A DNA stretch of 64,000 bases from an uncultured cyanobacterium (GTDB lineage: Bacteria; Cyanobacteriota; Cyanobacteriia; Cyanobacteriales; Nostocaceae): positions 544,001 to 608,000 of the forward strand of contig OY970166.1 of assembly GCA_963706595.1 (NCBI GenBank). Direction: 5' to 3'. This document shows, in pieces, positions 50,651 to 61,777 of the stretch. Each line of letters begins with the position of its first letter. Within the stretch, counting starts at the first letter, position 1. The translations under genes were made by a program, and so were the position numbers. The notes under the pieces are model-generated. The model was not told the DNA's origin. It ran no database searches and saw only the letters and a list, made by a program, of their open reading frames with translations.

Positions 50651-51302
50651 CGACTACGCGCCTCCTCGATGAATTAATTATGTTTACAAAGCAATTTTAT
50701 GACTGAGATGCTGAGTCCGGGAACAGTGGCTTAGGTGGGGTTAATCCTCCTATTGCGCTGCTTTACCGCCTTTCAGTGAACTCTCTGAGTTTTTTTATTG
50801 CCAGGAGTTTGAATTTAACCACAAATGAGTCTTGATAAATCAGACGGTGTGGCTAGTTTGGCAATATTTGGAGACGCTGGGTAGCTTTACTTTATAGGGT
50901 AGCGATCGCCTGTGTAACTGCCGAGAGATTTTCGCAATGAAAATTTCTCTCTGGTTCTGTGGGAACCTGACAAACGCCTGTAAGACGCTTGGACATTAGG
51001 AAATTCCACCCTTGAGTCAGCCACATTTTAAGCGTCTACGCCATTGCCAAGCAAAAATGAGAATGTTTTAAAAAGTGTAACTATATTGTGGACTGCTTTG
51101 CAAGCGTGTAATTAGATGCGATCGCATAGAATTTCTGTATCGTATCTATACAAATCGCCCTCAGATTTTCTTTTGCGTATGTCTGGGCTGATATCAAAGC
51201 AAAAGTTTTGCTGGCTTTTTCACCCGTTCATTAGCGGGCAAGATGCCCGCCCCACAAGAATTTTTGGAAGATTTTTTATTTGTAAATCCCTGAGTCCGAA
51301 AT

Positions 51303-51674
51303 CTATTGCCCTAGCTCAGATGCCCCGTTTTGGATATCACGAGCGGTTTTTTTAGCCCCTTCTACATATCCTGAACCAAATTCTTTAAAAGCTTCTGCTG
51401 ACTCTTCGCCAATTTTTTGCAGTCGCTTACCAGGAGAACCTTCTGTTTCACGAGCCTCCTGATTCCATTCCCTGATGGTTTTTGGTCTTTGGGAATCATC
51501 TTGCTGTATCTCTTGACGGACTTTCTCTTTTAAAACTTGATTATTTTCCCCAAAAGCGACATTTGTCGTTAGCGTCATCAAACCCATTAGGACAACAGCC
51601 AAGAAACGTTTTACTTGAACTCCCTGAAATAGAAAGTTAATGTAATTAATCGTCCTAGAAATCAAATTCATCAT
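51303..51674 (-). CDS. Secreted hypothetical protein
   Basis: Signal-peptide-like segment and RPKT..EW..EAR motif; start uncertain. Confidence 0.6.
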   Translation of the reverse strand: MMNLISRTINYINFLFQGVQVKRFLAVVLMGLMTLTTNVAFGENNQVLKEKVRQEIQQDDSQRPKTIREWNQEARETEGSPGKRLQKIGEESAEAFKEFGSGYVEGAKKTARDIQNGASELGQ

Positions 51675-52510
51675 GTCAATGCTCTATGTTTGTGCTGTTT
51701 ACAGTTTCAGATTATATTTTGCTCATTCCCAATTCAGCTATTTTATTGAAAAAAATGAACTGAATTGCCATTGAGATAGATTACGAAAAATCTCAATAAA
51801 TAGAATTATTAATTAGTGATGAAATTTGCCAAAATTTTTACTTATTTGAGCCATTTTAGATTACAAATTTATTGTAAATAATAAAACAAAATAATCCTTC
51901 TAACGAAAGAGATATATCGGTTATAAACAATCTATGTCGCAGGTATCATTAATAATTACCTTGCCTCCAGCACGTTTCGCTACAGGCAAGGCAAGGCGAA
52001 AGTTGTTATACGTTATTTTTAAAATTTATGTGTCCGTACTTGAATTAAGTAATGGCACTTATGATCTTGAAGAATGGCAATCAAGTAATTACATAGGCTT
52101 TTTTTTGCGTTGTCTGGGTTTATATAGAGACGGTAAGATATAAATTGAGACTTTTGGATAGAATTAATCAGGATTTTTTGCGCCTTTGGGCTGCAACTGG
52201 TTATAAGTGAAAAAGCTCAAACCGCTTTCACTGCCTTGCTTTTGGTGGCATGAGGCTCATTGGTACTTCAAATCAGCAAAGCCCTATATTTGATATTTCA
52301 GCTACTGAGCAACATAATATGTTTCAATATAAATACGGAAATGCTTTCGGATACCGAACCGTAGATTTAGTTAGATAATAGAAGTTAATTAGTCCTCATT
52401 TATCCTCATTTATAATGAGGCGCAAATCACTAGAAATTAGTCATAATAAGGTATTAAGATTTACCAATTTTGCTATCTAAATTTTTACCATTCATCTCAC
52501 CTATATCTAT

Positions 52511-54232
52511 ATGCACACCATTCTGATTATTGAAGATGAGCCTCAAATACGAAAAAATATTGAGCAAATTCTGAATCTAGCGGGATTTTCTACCATTACC
52601 GCAGAAGATGGATGTCAGGGATTACAGATGGCTGAAGAACATCGGCCAGATATGATTATTTGCGATGTCATGATGCCACACTTAGATGGCTATGGACTAA
52701 TTAAGATATTGCGTCAACAGCCAGCTACTGCGGAAATTCCGTTTATTTTTCTAACTGCTAAAACCGAACACTCTAATGTGCGTGAAGGGATGGGATTGGG
52801 TGCAGATGACTATTTAACTAAGCCCTTTCAAGTGGATGAACTCCTTCAAGTAGTTTCGACTCAACTGGAAAAACGCCAAAAAATTATCCAACGCTACAAA
52901 GGTCAGATTGAGGAGATGAAAGCTCAAATGCATTATCTGGTTCGCCATGATAGCGTAACCGATTTGTCCAATCAATTCTTTTTAGAAGAGTATTTCCATC
53001 AAATCCGTCTTCAAGCTGACAATCAGGGTCAACTTTTGCCCTTGTTACTGATTGATATAGACATCCTCTACCATACTAAATCATTTTTGGAAGCAAGTGT
53101 AAGGCACTTATTACTGAAATCTGTAGCTGAACGATTAAATCAGCTAAACTCCCAAAATCAGATTATTAAGTTTATAGCTTACTTCAAAATAGACCAACTG
53201 GTGTTGTTGTTAAACCCAGTAACAAACAATAAAGTGGCTGCTGAGATTTCTGAACAAATTTTAGATAGCCTATCACAACCTTTAAGTTTTAATAATCAGG
53301 AAATATCTGTTCAAACGAAAATTAGTATTGTTTTTTATCCAGAAGATGCCTTACAACTCAGTCAACTCTTGAATTATGCAGAAGTCACTTTAGAACATCA
53401 TAAACAAGACAATACAATTGCCTATCATTTTTATAATCAAGAAATACGTAACATTGTTTTTAAGAAATCTATTTTAGAAGCTGACTTTTTGCAAGCTATC
53501 AATAACAATCAATTTGAAGTTTACTATCAACCTCAAATCAATGTCAATACTGGCAAGCTTGTTTGTGTAGAAGCATTAATTCGGTGGAATCACCCGGTGT
53601 ATGGCATGATTTCGCCAGCAGAATTTATTCCAATGGCTGAAGACTCTGGCTTGATTATGCCCTTGGGAGAATGGGTATTAAAAACTGCTTGCTCACAAAT
53701 AAAAGACTTACAAGCAGAAGGATTGGGAAATTTTAATGTGGCTGTAAATATATCCGCTTGTCAGTTTAGACAAGAAAATTTTATTCGTCGCATTAATGAG
53801 ATTATTGCCAACACAAATTTTAACCCAGCGCTATTAGAGCTAGAACTGACTGAAACTATATTTATTCAAGATATTGAAGTAATGAGGAGCAGATTAAATG
53901 AACTCATGAATCATGAAATTAAACTTTCAATTGATGATTTTGGTACAGGTTACTCATCGTTTAAATATATCCAAGAATTTTCTTTTGGCAATTTAAAGAT
54001 AGATCAATATTTTATTAGAAATATTGATGCCTTGGAAAATAAGCAGTCAATTGTTAAAAGTATAATTCTGATGGCAAATAGTTTGAATATGAATATCGTT
54101 GCTGAAGGTGTAGAAACCAAGGAAGAACTCAATTGGCTAACACAAAACGATTGTACTGTCATCCAAGGATATTTTTTCAGTCGTCCTTTAGCATTAAAAG
54201 ACTTAAAGAATTTTTTACTAGCCCATAAGTAA
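52511..54232 (+). CDS. REC - degenerate GGDEF - EAL c-di-GMP phosphodiesterase
   Basis: Receiver (IEDE, CDVMMP, KP), GGDEF replaced by KIDQL, VEALIRW, DDFGTGYSS, AEGVE, QGY. Confidence 0.9.
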   Translation: MHTILIIEDEPQIRKNIEQILNLAGFSTITAEDGCQGLQMAEEHRPDMIICDVMMPHLDGYGLIKILRQQPATAEIPFIFLTAKTEHSNVREGMGLGADDYLTKPFQVDELLQVVSTQLEKRQKIIQRYKGQIEEMKAQMHYLVRHDSVTDLSNQFFLEEYFHQIRLQADNQGQLLPLLLIDIDILYHTKSFLEASVRHLLLKSVAERLNQLNSQNQIIKFIAYFKIDQLVLLLNPVTNNKVAAEISEQILDSLSQPLSFNNQEISVQTKISIVFYPEDALQLSQLLNYAEVTLEHHKQDNTIAYHFYNQEIRNIVFKKSILEADFLQAINNNQFEVYYQPQINVNTGKLVCVEALIRWNHPVYGMISPAEFIPMAEDSGLIMPLGEWVLKTACSQIKDLQAEGLGNFNVAVNISACQFRQENFIRRINEIIANTNFNPALLELELTETIFIQDIEVMRSRLNELMNHEIKLSIDDFGTGYSSFKYIQEFSFGNLKIDQYFIRNIDALENKQSIVKSIILMANSLNMNIVAEGVETKEELNWLTQNDCTVIQGYFFSRPLALKDLKNFLLAHK

Positions 54233-54289
54233 AAGTATGGCGATGTTGTCAATTGGGATGGCAAAACTAAAAAACGAAGGAGAATCATT

Positions 54290-57200
54290 ATGATTACTGT
54301 TAATTCATCAATTCTAGATATAGAAGAAGCCATTATTTCTTCTCCTTTAATTCTGACTGCTACAACTCTAGTAGTTGAAGCAATTCGCTTAATGAGTCAG
54401 GTACGTGATAGTTGTCAACTAGCGAATTCTGGGTTGATTCCATCTATTAACAAGTTAAATCTCGAAAAAGCCAGTTGCGTTCTGGTGGTTGATAATCAAA
54501 AGTTAATTGGAACATTTACCGAAAGAGATATTGTCCGTTGTACAGCAATGGAGATGAGTCTGGAGCAAGTAACGCTCGCAGAGGTAATGTCTCCAAATCC
54601 AGTCACTCTCAAAAAATCAGAATTTCACAATATTTTCGTTGTCCTGAATTTGTTCCGCCAATACAAAATTCGCCATTTGTCAATTGTTGATAATCAAGGG
54701 GATCTGATTGGGTTAGTGACTCCCACAACGTTACGTCAATTAATCAAAGTAGCTGATTTCTTAAAAATCCGTTGTGTTAAAGAGGTAATGGCTCCAGAGG
54801 TTATTCAAGCTGCTCCCACTGCATCAATATTAGATTTAGCGCAATTAATGACCCAGCATTCTGTCAGTTGCGTAGTCATTACCCAATCTGACACAGAATT
54901 TGATTCCCAACCTATTGGGATTGTTACAGAGCGAGATATTGTTCAATTCCGGGCATTAGCATTAGATCCTGTGCAAATCAAAGCTCATTTAGTTATGAGT
55001 TCACCCCTGTTTTATCTGCGTCCACAGCAGTCATTATGGGAAGCTCATCAACAAATGCAAAAGCTACGAGTTAGACGCTTAGTTGTAGTTGGCGATCGCG
55101 ACCAACTGTTGGGAATTGTCACCCAAACCAGTGTACTTCATACTCTTGACCCATTAGAGATGTATGAGACAGTCAATTTTTTACAGCAAAAAGTTTGTCA
55201 ATTAGAATCGGAAAAAATCGATATTTTGCACCAGCAAAATTTAGAACTGGAGACAAAAGTTCAAGAACGTACCACAAGATTAATCGCACAAGCAAATTCA
55301 GATCGACTCCTGGCTATACTTTCCCAACGGATTCGTCAATCTTTTGATATCAAAGTTATTCTCCAAACTGCTGTTTCTGAAATTCAACAGTATCTGCAAA
55401 CGGATCGGGTAATAATCTACCAATTTGAAGCGGAATGGAGTGGCAGAATTATTGCAGAATTCCTGGCTCCAAACCAAATTTCCCTACTGGGTGATGTGAT
55501 TCACGATTCTTGCTTTGCGCCTACTTGGGTTGAACCTTATACGAATGGTAGAGTGCGAGCAATTGATGATATTTATACTTCTGGGCTAGCAGATTGCCAT
55601 CTTCGCCTATTAGAAGAAAAGCAAATTCGCGCTAACTTGGTAGTACCTATTGTTTACAATAATCAGCTTTGGGGACTTATTTGCGCCCATCAATGCTCCG
55701 AAGCCAGATATTGGGAATCTACAGAAATTGAGTTACTGCAAAAATTATCTACCCAAATTGCGATCGCTATTCAACAGTGTCAACTTTATGAACAAGCACA
55801 ACAGGAAATAAAAGAACGCACTCAAGCCGAAGTCGCATTGCAAAAACTCAATCAAGAATTAGAAACAAGAGTAGTTGAACGCACTGCCGAATTACAGCAG
55901 AGTAATCAGAATTTGCTCTTAGAAATTCAAGAGCGCCAGCGAGTTGAGCAGGAGTTACGCCATAGTCAACAGCGTCTACATAATATTCTGAATAGTCTAT
56001 TTAGTTTTGTTGGTGTAATCAGTACCGAGGGTATTATCATCGAAGCCAATGAGGCATGGCTCAAAATTCCTAGCCTGACAGATAGTAGTGTAATTGGTCA
56101 ACCGTTTGCTCAAACTTCTTGGTGGTCTTATTCTGCAAAAATCCAAAATAAAATTCAATCCGCTATTAGCCAAGCAGCACAAGGTAACAGCATTCGCTAC
56201 GATATTCCAGTACGATTCACAGAAGAAAAATTTATTACAATCGATTTTTCCATCCAACCAGTTTTTGATGAATCTGGAGAGGTTAGCTATCTGGTAGTGT
56301 CAGGGATTGATATTACTGAACGCAAACAGGCAGAAGACACTATGAAAAAACAGTTAGCTGCTATTGAATCTACTATTGATGGCATCGCTATTCTTCAAGG
56401 TGATAGATATCTTTACGTAAACAAAGCCCACGTCCAACTATTTGGATATGATACAGATAAAGAATTAATCGGTAAAACTTGGCAAGAACTGTATACACCA
56501 GCAGAAATCGCTCGTTTTAAAAGTGATGTTTTTCCCATTTTGATAGAAAAAGGTCATTGGGGAGGTGAAGCAATAGCCCAGCGACGTGATGGTAGCACCT
56601 TTGATGAAGAGATATCACTGACCATGACTAACGATGGAGAATTGATTTGTGTTGGCCGTGACATCACCAACCGCAAACTAGCTCAACAAGAAATCTGCAA
56701 AATCTTAGAGCAAGAGAAGGAACTCAATGAACTAAAATCTCGTTTTATCTCAATGACTTCCCACGAATTTCGCACCCCTTTAGCAGTAATTTCTTCTTCA
56801 GCCGGGATTTTGAAAGAATTTAGTCACAAATTAGACGAACAAAAGAAACAAAAACATTTAGAATGTATTATCACGTATGTTAAACATACAACACAGTTGT
56901 TAGATGAGATATTACTAATTAGTAAAGCAGAAGCAGGTAAGTTAGCTTTTGAGCCTAAGCCGTTGGATTTAGTTGAATTTTGCCAAAAGCTAACGTCAGA
57001 AATGCAACTTAGTATGCCAAATAACACGATTCTTTTTTCTACTAATACCAAAACTGAAGTAATTGCCCTGGTTGACAAAAAACTGCTACGACAAATTTTA
57101 ATTAACTTACTGTCCAATGCAGTTAAATATTCACAAAATAATAGTTCAGTCAAGTTCGATTTGCAGATTACAGAACAAAGCATTATTTTTAGTATTGAAG

Positions 57201-57426
57201 ACCAAGGAATTGGTATTCCGCAAGCAATCAGACCCAATTATTTGAAGCATTTCATCGTGCGACCAATGTTGGTTCCATTTCGGGGACAGGTTTAGGACTA
57301 ACAATTGTAAAAAACTGTGTAGATTTACATGGGGGTAAAGTTACTGTAGTTAGCCAAGAGGGAATTGGGACTAAATTTACTGTGATAATTCCTTTGCAGT
57401 CTGTTAGTTCTGTGCAAAAACTGTGA
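54290..57426 (+). pseudogene. 4xCBS - DXCF cyanobacteriochrome GAF - 2xPAS - HisKA - HATPase kinase with 1-nt frameshift near 57227
   Basis: DSCF (55505) and CH (55595); SHEFRTPL; NLLSNAVKY; DQGIGIP; the -1 frame continues QLFEAFHRATNVGSISGTGLGLTIVK..HGG..GTKFTV to TGA 57424-57426. Confidence 0.85.
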
Positions 57427-57587
57427 ATAATATAAATACATCGACATAGTGATATTTATTGAGTGAGATGAAGACTTATGACTCTGCGAGAATTACTGAC
57501 TGATGATAATACAAAGTTACTGAAAAAATTTAAGTTGCTAAACTCCTTAAATTCAAAGAATGGTTAATATTTAATTGTCCCTGATTT

Positions 57588-57621
57588 TGTTGGGTTTCTC
57601 GGTCCTCAACCCAACCTACGA
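57588..57621. repeat. REP-like repeat GTTGGGTTTCTC..CAACCCAACCTACG
   Basis: Related inverted copy at 29035-29062. Confidence 0.55.
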
Positions 57622-57785
57622 ATATTTGATTTTGGCAGAGTGATAAAAGAGGGATAATTACCTATTGGATGCGCCTACACAGTTCAGGTTAGGCGATCGC
57701 ATCTCAATTCATCGGCAATTTTTAAGTATTATAGCTAAATAACATAGTATGATAGCTGACTGCTAAATTAAAAAATCTGAATACT

Positions 57786-59441
57786 ATGACCTGGTTTTCC
57801 TTGAGTGCAAGACGATGGAGTGGAATTCCACAATTTTTATCATTGTTTTGTCTTTGTGTACTTTTGGTTGTGAGTTGCGCTCCTCGCCAGCAGACAACGA
57901 CTTTATCACCTAGTACGGGTGATGGTAGAATTACTGTCGGTACAACACTCAAACCTCGAACCCTCGATCCGGCTGATACCTACGAGTTGGCTTCTTTGAG
58001 TTTAGTGTTAAATATGAGCGATCGCCTGTACACTTATGAACCAGGTAGCACAGAAATTAAACCCCAATTGGCGACAGCATTACCCCAAGTCAGTGCTGAT
58101 GGTTTAACTTACACCATCCCTTTGCGTCAGGGAGTGGTATTCCACGATGAAACTCCCTTCAACGCCAAAGCAATGGAGTTTAGCATTCAGCGATTTATTG
58201 AGAATAAGGGTAAACCCTCTTTCCTATTATCGGACACAGTGGCTTCAGTCAAAGCCACTGATGAGTATGAATTAACAATCCAGTTAAAAAAACCATTTGC
58301 GGCGTTTCCCGCACTGTTAGCATTTTCTGGAGCCTGTGCGGTGTCGCCAACAGCTTACGAAATTGGGGCGGGTAAATTTCAGCCTAACACTTTTGTGGGG
58401 ACTGGCCCTTATAAGTTGGCGCAGTATGGCACAGATTCCCTGAGATTGGATGTATTTGATCAATATTGGGGAGAAAAACCAGCTAATCAGGGCGTAAACG
58501 TGCAGATTCAAACTAGCCCGGTGAATTTGTTTAATGCTTTCAGTACAGGTACAGTGGATGTGGCTTATCTCTCCCTACAACCTGATCAAATTCGCAGCTT
58601 ACAAGCAGGAGCGAAAAAAGGGGATTGGCAAACAATTAGTGCTGAGGGTAGTGTAGTTAGTTATATGGTATTGAACCGGAATCAGAAGCCTTTAGATCAG
58701 CCAGAAGTTCGAGCTGCGATCGCCTCCATGATTGACCGTCCACTAATAAATGAACGAGTTTTACTTGGTCAAGCTGATCCACTATATAGCATGATTCCCA
58801 CCACTTTCAATGTTTCTCAACCAGTATTTAAAGATAAATATGGTGATGCTAACTTTGCTCAAGCTAAAGAATTATTAACTAAAGCTGGCTTCTCCAAAGA
58901 AAATCCCGCGAAAGTGCAAATTTGGTATCCTTCTAGTTCAGCTAGTCGCAGTTTAGCAGCACAAACCCTGAAATCTCTGGCTGCTCAAGAAATGGAAGGA
59001 ATGTTGCAAATAGAAATTAGTAATGTTGAAAGTGCTACCTTCTTTAAAGACATTTCCAGGGGTATATATCCAGCCGCTTTGGTTGATTGGTATCCAGACT
59101 TTTTAGATCCAGATAATTATGTCCAGCCATTCTTGTCTTGTGAAAAAGGCTCGAATGCTCAAGGTTGTGAAGATGGTGGTAGTAAAACCCAAGGTTCATT
59201 TTACTATAGCGAAGCCATTAATAAACTCATTGCTCAACAACGCCAAGAGCAAAACCCCGCAGCGCGTCAGCAAATTTTTACAGACATCCAAACACAAGTA
59301 GCTGATGATCTTCCTTACATTCCTTTATGGCAAACCAAAGACTATATATTTGCTCAAAACGGTGTTGATAATGTGCAACTTGATCCGACCCAGAATTTAA
59401 TTTATAAGTCTATCAAGAAAACCGTTACACCAAAATCTTGA
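57786..59441 (+). CDS. Peptide ABC transporter substrate-binding lipoprotein (DppA/OppA family)
   Basis: Lipobox VVSC, TLDP, PQLAT, YTIPLRQGVVFHD, GTGPYKL. Confidence 0.92.
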   Translation: MTWFSLSARRWSGIPQFLSLFCLCVLLVVSCAPRQQTTTLSPSTGDGRITVGTTLKPRTLDPADTYELASLSLVLNMSDRLYTYEPGSTEIKPQLATALPQVSADGLTYTIPLRQGVVFHDETPFNAKAMEFSIQRFIENKGKPSFLLSDTVASVKATDEYELTIQLKKPFAAFPALLAFSGACAVSPTAYEIGAGKFQPNTFVGTGPYKLAQYGTDSLRLDVFDQYWGEKPANQGVNVQIQTSPVNLFNAFSTGTVDVAYLSLQPDQIRSLQAGAKKGDWQTISAEGSVVSYMVLNRNQKPLDQPEVRAAIASMIDRPLINERVLLGQADPLYSMIPTTFNVSQPVFKDKYGDANFAQAKELLTKAGFSKENPAKVQIWYPSSSASRSLAAQTLKSLAAQEMEGMLQIEISNVESATFFKDISRGIYPAALVDWYPDFLDPDNYVQPFLSCEKGSNAQGCEDGGSKTQGSFYYSEAINKLIAQQRQEQNPAARQQIFTDIQTQVADDLPYIPLWQTKDYIFAQNGVDNVQLDPTQNLIYKSIKKTVTPKS

Positions 59442-59697
59442 AAAACCTCACCCTTGCTTTATCCTGTGGGTAAATCTTTCCCTCTCCTGACTCAGGACAC
59501 GGTATACACACAAGTTATCGAATTACCCCACCCTAACCCAGACCTTGGAAAGGGGAGGGAACTAGATTTTCCGGTTTCCCCCCTTTACAAGGGGGGATTA
59601 AGGGGGGTAAAACCCCGATCTCAAAGTAACTCCGATTTGTGTGTACACAGTGGACTGACTAAGAAGAGGGATGTCTACTAGGACAGGGTGAGGTTTT
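59442..59697. mobile_element. Nested MITE-like elements within the ABC operon
   Basis: Outer ends AAAACCTCACCCT / AGGGTGAGGTTTT; inner 59498-59652 ends TACACACAAGT / ATTTGTGTGTA. Confidence 0.6.
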
Positions 59698-59737
59698 AAC
59701 TTTTGGGTTGTCGAATTTATTTGAATACTTTGAAAAT

Positions 59738-60763
59738 ATGTCTCGATCTAAAGCTTTACAATATTACATTGCTTCTCGGTTAGTTCTGGCTCCACTGCAA
59801 TTGTTGACTATTATTACCATTGTATTTTTATTACTAAGAGCCACACCAGGAGATCCAGCAGATGCGATTCTGGGGGGACGTGCGCCAGAAGCAGCGAAGG
59901 AGGAGTTACGCCAACAATTAGGTTTAAATCTTCCTCTGTGGTTACAGTATTTGAATTATCTGGGAAACTTACTACGCTTTGATTTGGGGACTTCTTTAAC
60001 CAGTCGGGGACAGTCTGTTTGGGACATTATTGGGCAGTATTTCCCCGCTACGGTAGAGTTAGCAGTATCAAGTATGGCAGTAGCGCTGATTGTCGGTATT
60101 ATCGCTGGTACTCTTTCGGCTTCTCGTCCCGGTACTTATTTTGATATTGGGGGGCGATTATTTGGTATTATTACTTACGCACTGCCAATGTTTTGGGCTG
60201 GAATGCTTTTACAGTTAATTTTCTCAGTGCAACTGGGTTGGTTTCCTAGTTCTAACCGTTTTCCGCCTAACCTTCCGGCTCCTACTGCGATGACTGGACT
60301 ATATACCATTGATAGCTTACTGACGGGAAATTTCAGTCAGTTTTTTATATCTTTACACCATTTAGCCCTGCCTAGTCTGACTTTAGGAATTTTACTCAGT
60401 GGAATTTTTGAGCGCATTGTGCGCGTTAATTTAAAGGAAACTCTCAAAGCAGATTACGTAGAAGCCGCTAGAGCCAGAGGAATTGCTGAAAATAAGATTT
60501 TAGTCTCCCATGCTTTAAAAAATGCCTTAATTCCAGTAATTACAGTCTTAGGATTAACTTTTGCATCTCTGCTGGGTGGGGCGATTTTAACTGAAGTCAC
60601 ATTTTCTTGGCCTGGTTTAGCAAATCGCCTATATCAAGCCATTTCTGATCGTGATTATCCCACTGTCCAAGGAGTATTAGTATTTTTTGGGGCGATCGTT
60701 GTCACCGCCAGCATTTTAATTGATATTCTCAATGCTTATGTAGATCCACGTATTCGCTATTAA
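59738..60763 (+). CDS. Peptide ABC transporter permease (DppB family)
   Basis: PGDPA, FDLG.S, PAT.EL, DYVEAARARG, E..FSWPG, DPRIRY; start at ATG 59738. Confidence 0.92.
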   Translation: MSRSKALQYYIASRLVLAPLQLLTIITIVFLLLRATPGDPADAILGGRAPEAAKEELRQQLGLNLPLWLQYLNYLGNLLRFDLGTSLTSRGQSVWDIIGQYFPATVELAVSSMAVALIVGIIAGTLSASRPGTYFDIGGRLFGIITYALPMFWAGMLLQLIFSVQLGWFPSSNRFPPNLPAPTAMTGLYTIDSLLTGNFSQFFISLHHLALPSLTLGILLSGIFERIVRVNLKETLKADYVEAARARGIAENKILVSHALKNALIPVITVLGLTFASLLGGAILTEVTFSWPGLANRLYQAISDRDYPTVQGVLVFFGAIVVTASILIDILNAYVDPRIRY

Positions 60764-60988
60764 TTGTCACCACAGGTGTAAACTACAAACAAACACCAAT
60801 AGACATCTGGTGACAAAGGAGAAACGTTCCATGAAACGTCTCTAAAAGGGTTCACCGAAAACGCATATTTGAATTCGGTCGATGACCAATGAATTATCTG
60901 TGTTCATCTGTGTTTATCTGTGGTTTTTTTTCTTAAAGAATGTCATCGCCCTTACCCTAGTTTAAATTACCAAAGCAACTTTTTATCT

Positions 60989-61777
60989 ATGTGCCGTTTA
61001 CTTGCCTATCTGGGTGCGCCTGTAACCTTAGAGGATATTCTGTATAAACCTGAGCATTCTTTGATAGTTCAGAGTTACCAACCCCGTGAAATGACTTCTG
61101 GAGTTGTGAATGCAGATGGGTTTGGTGTGGGTTGGTATCATAGTCAAAAACATACAGATCCATTTACGTACCGAAATACCCAACCTATTTGGAATGATTT
61201 AAATCTGCCTCATCTTAGCCGTTATGTGGAATCCAAGTGTGTACTTGCTTATGTTCGCAGTGCTACACCTGGACAAGCTTTAGATTTTGCTAATTGTCAG
61301 CCGTTTAATTATCAACAACAGCTATTTATTCACAATGGATATATTGAGAATTTTCGCAAAACATTACACAGAAAAATCCGCAGTATATTAACTCCTGATT
61401 TTTACGAACAAATTAATGGTAATACAGATTCGGAGCATATATTTGCGCTGCTACTTTCTCAAACTCAAATTAATAAACATCGACCTCCAGAGTCTGCTTT
61501 ACGCAATACTTTAGTAACTTTATTAGAAATGGCAAAACGCCATCAAGTCAAAGTTTCCGCCAATATCGTCTTCAGTGATGGAAATCGTTTAATTGCTTCG
61601 CGTTTTTCTACCAATGCGCCGGCTCCATCGCTATATTGTCTAAAAAATCATCAAAATTTTCCTAAATCTGTGATTATTGCGTCTGAACCGTTATTTACTG
61701 GTAATTGGACTGCTTGTCCAGAAAATAGCATTATCAGTGTGGGAGAAGACTGTGATATCCAGATTAAACCAATCTAG
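60989..61777 (+). CDS. egtC: Ergothioneine biosynthesis Ntn-hydrolase EgtC
   Basis: MCRLLAYLG (N-terminal Cys), NADGFGVGWY, VRSAT, HNG, TDSE, ASEP. Confidence 0.9.
   Translation: MCRLLAYLGAPVTLEDILYKPEHSLIVQSYQPREMTSGVVNADGFGVGWYHSQKHTDPFTYRNTQPIWNDLNLPHLSRYVESKCVLAYVRSATPGQALDFANCQPFNYQQQLFIHNGYIENFRKTLHRKIRSILTPDFYEQINGNTDSEHIFALLLSQTQINKHRPPESALRNTLVTLLEMAKRHQVKVSANIVFSDGNRLIASRFSTNAPAPSLYCLKNHQNFPKSVIIASEPLFTGNWTACPENSIISVGEDCDIQIKPI

Noticed and set aside
50651..51300. Riboswitch or ncRNA in the long psbB upstream region
   Set aside because: No recognisable conserved motif; cannot be supported without a covariance-model search
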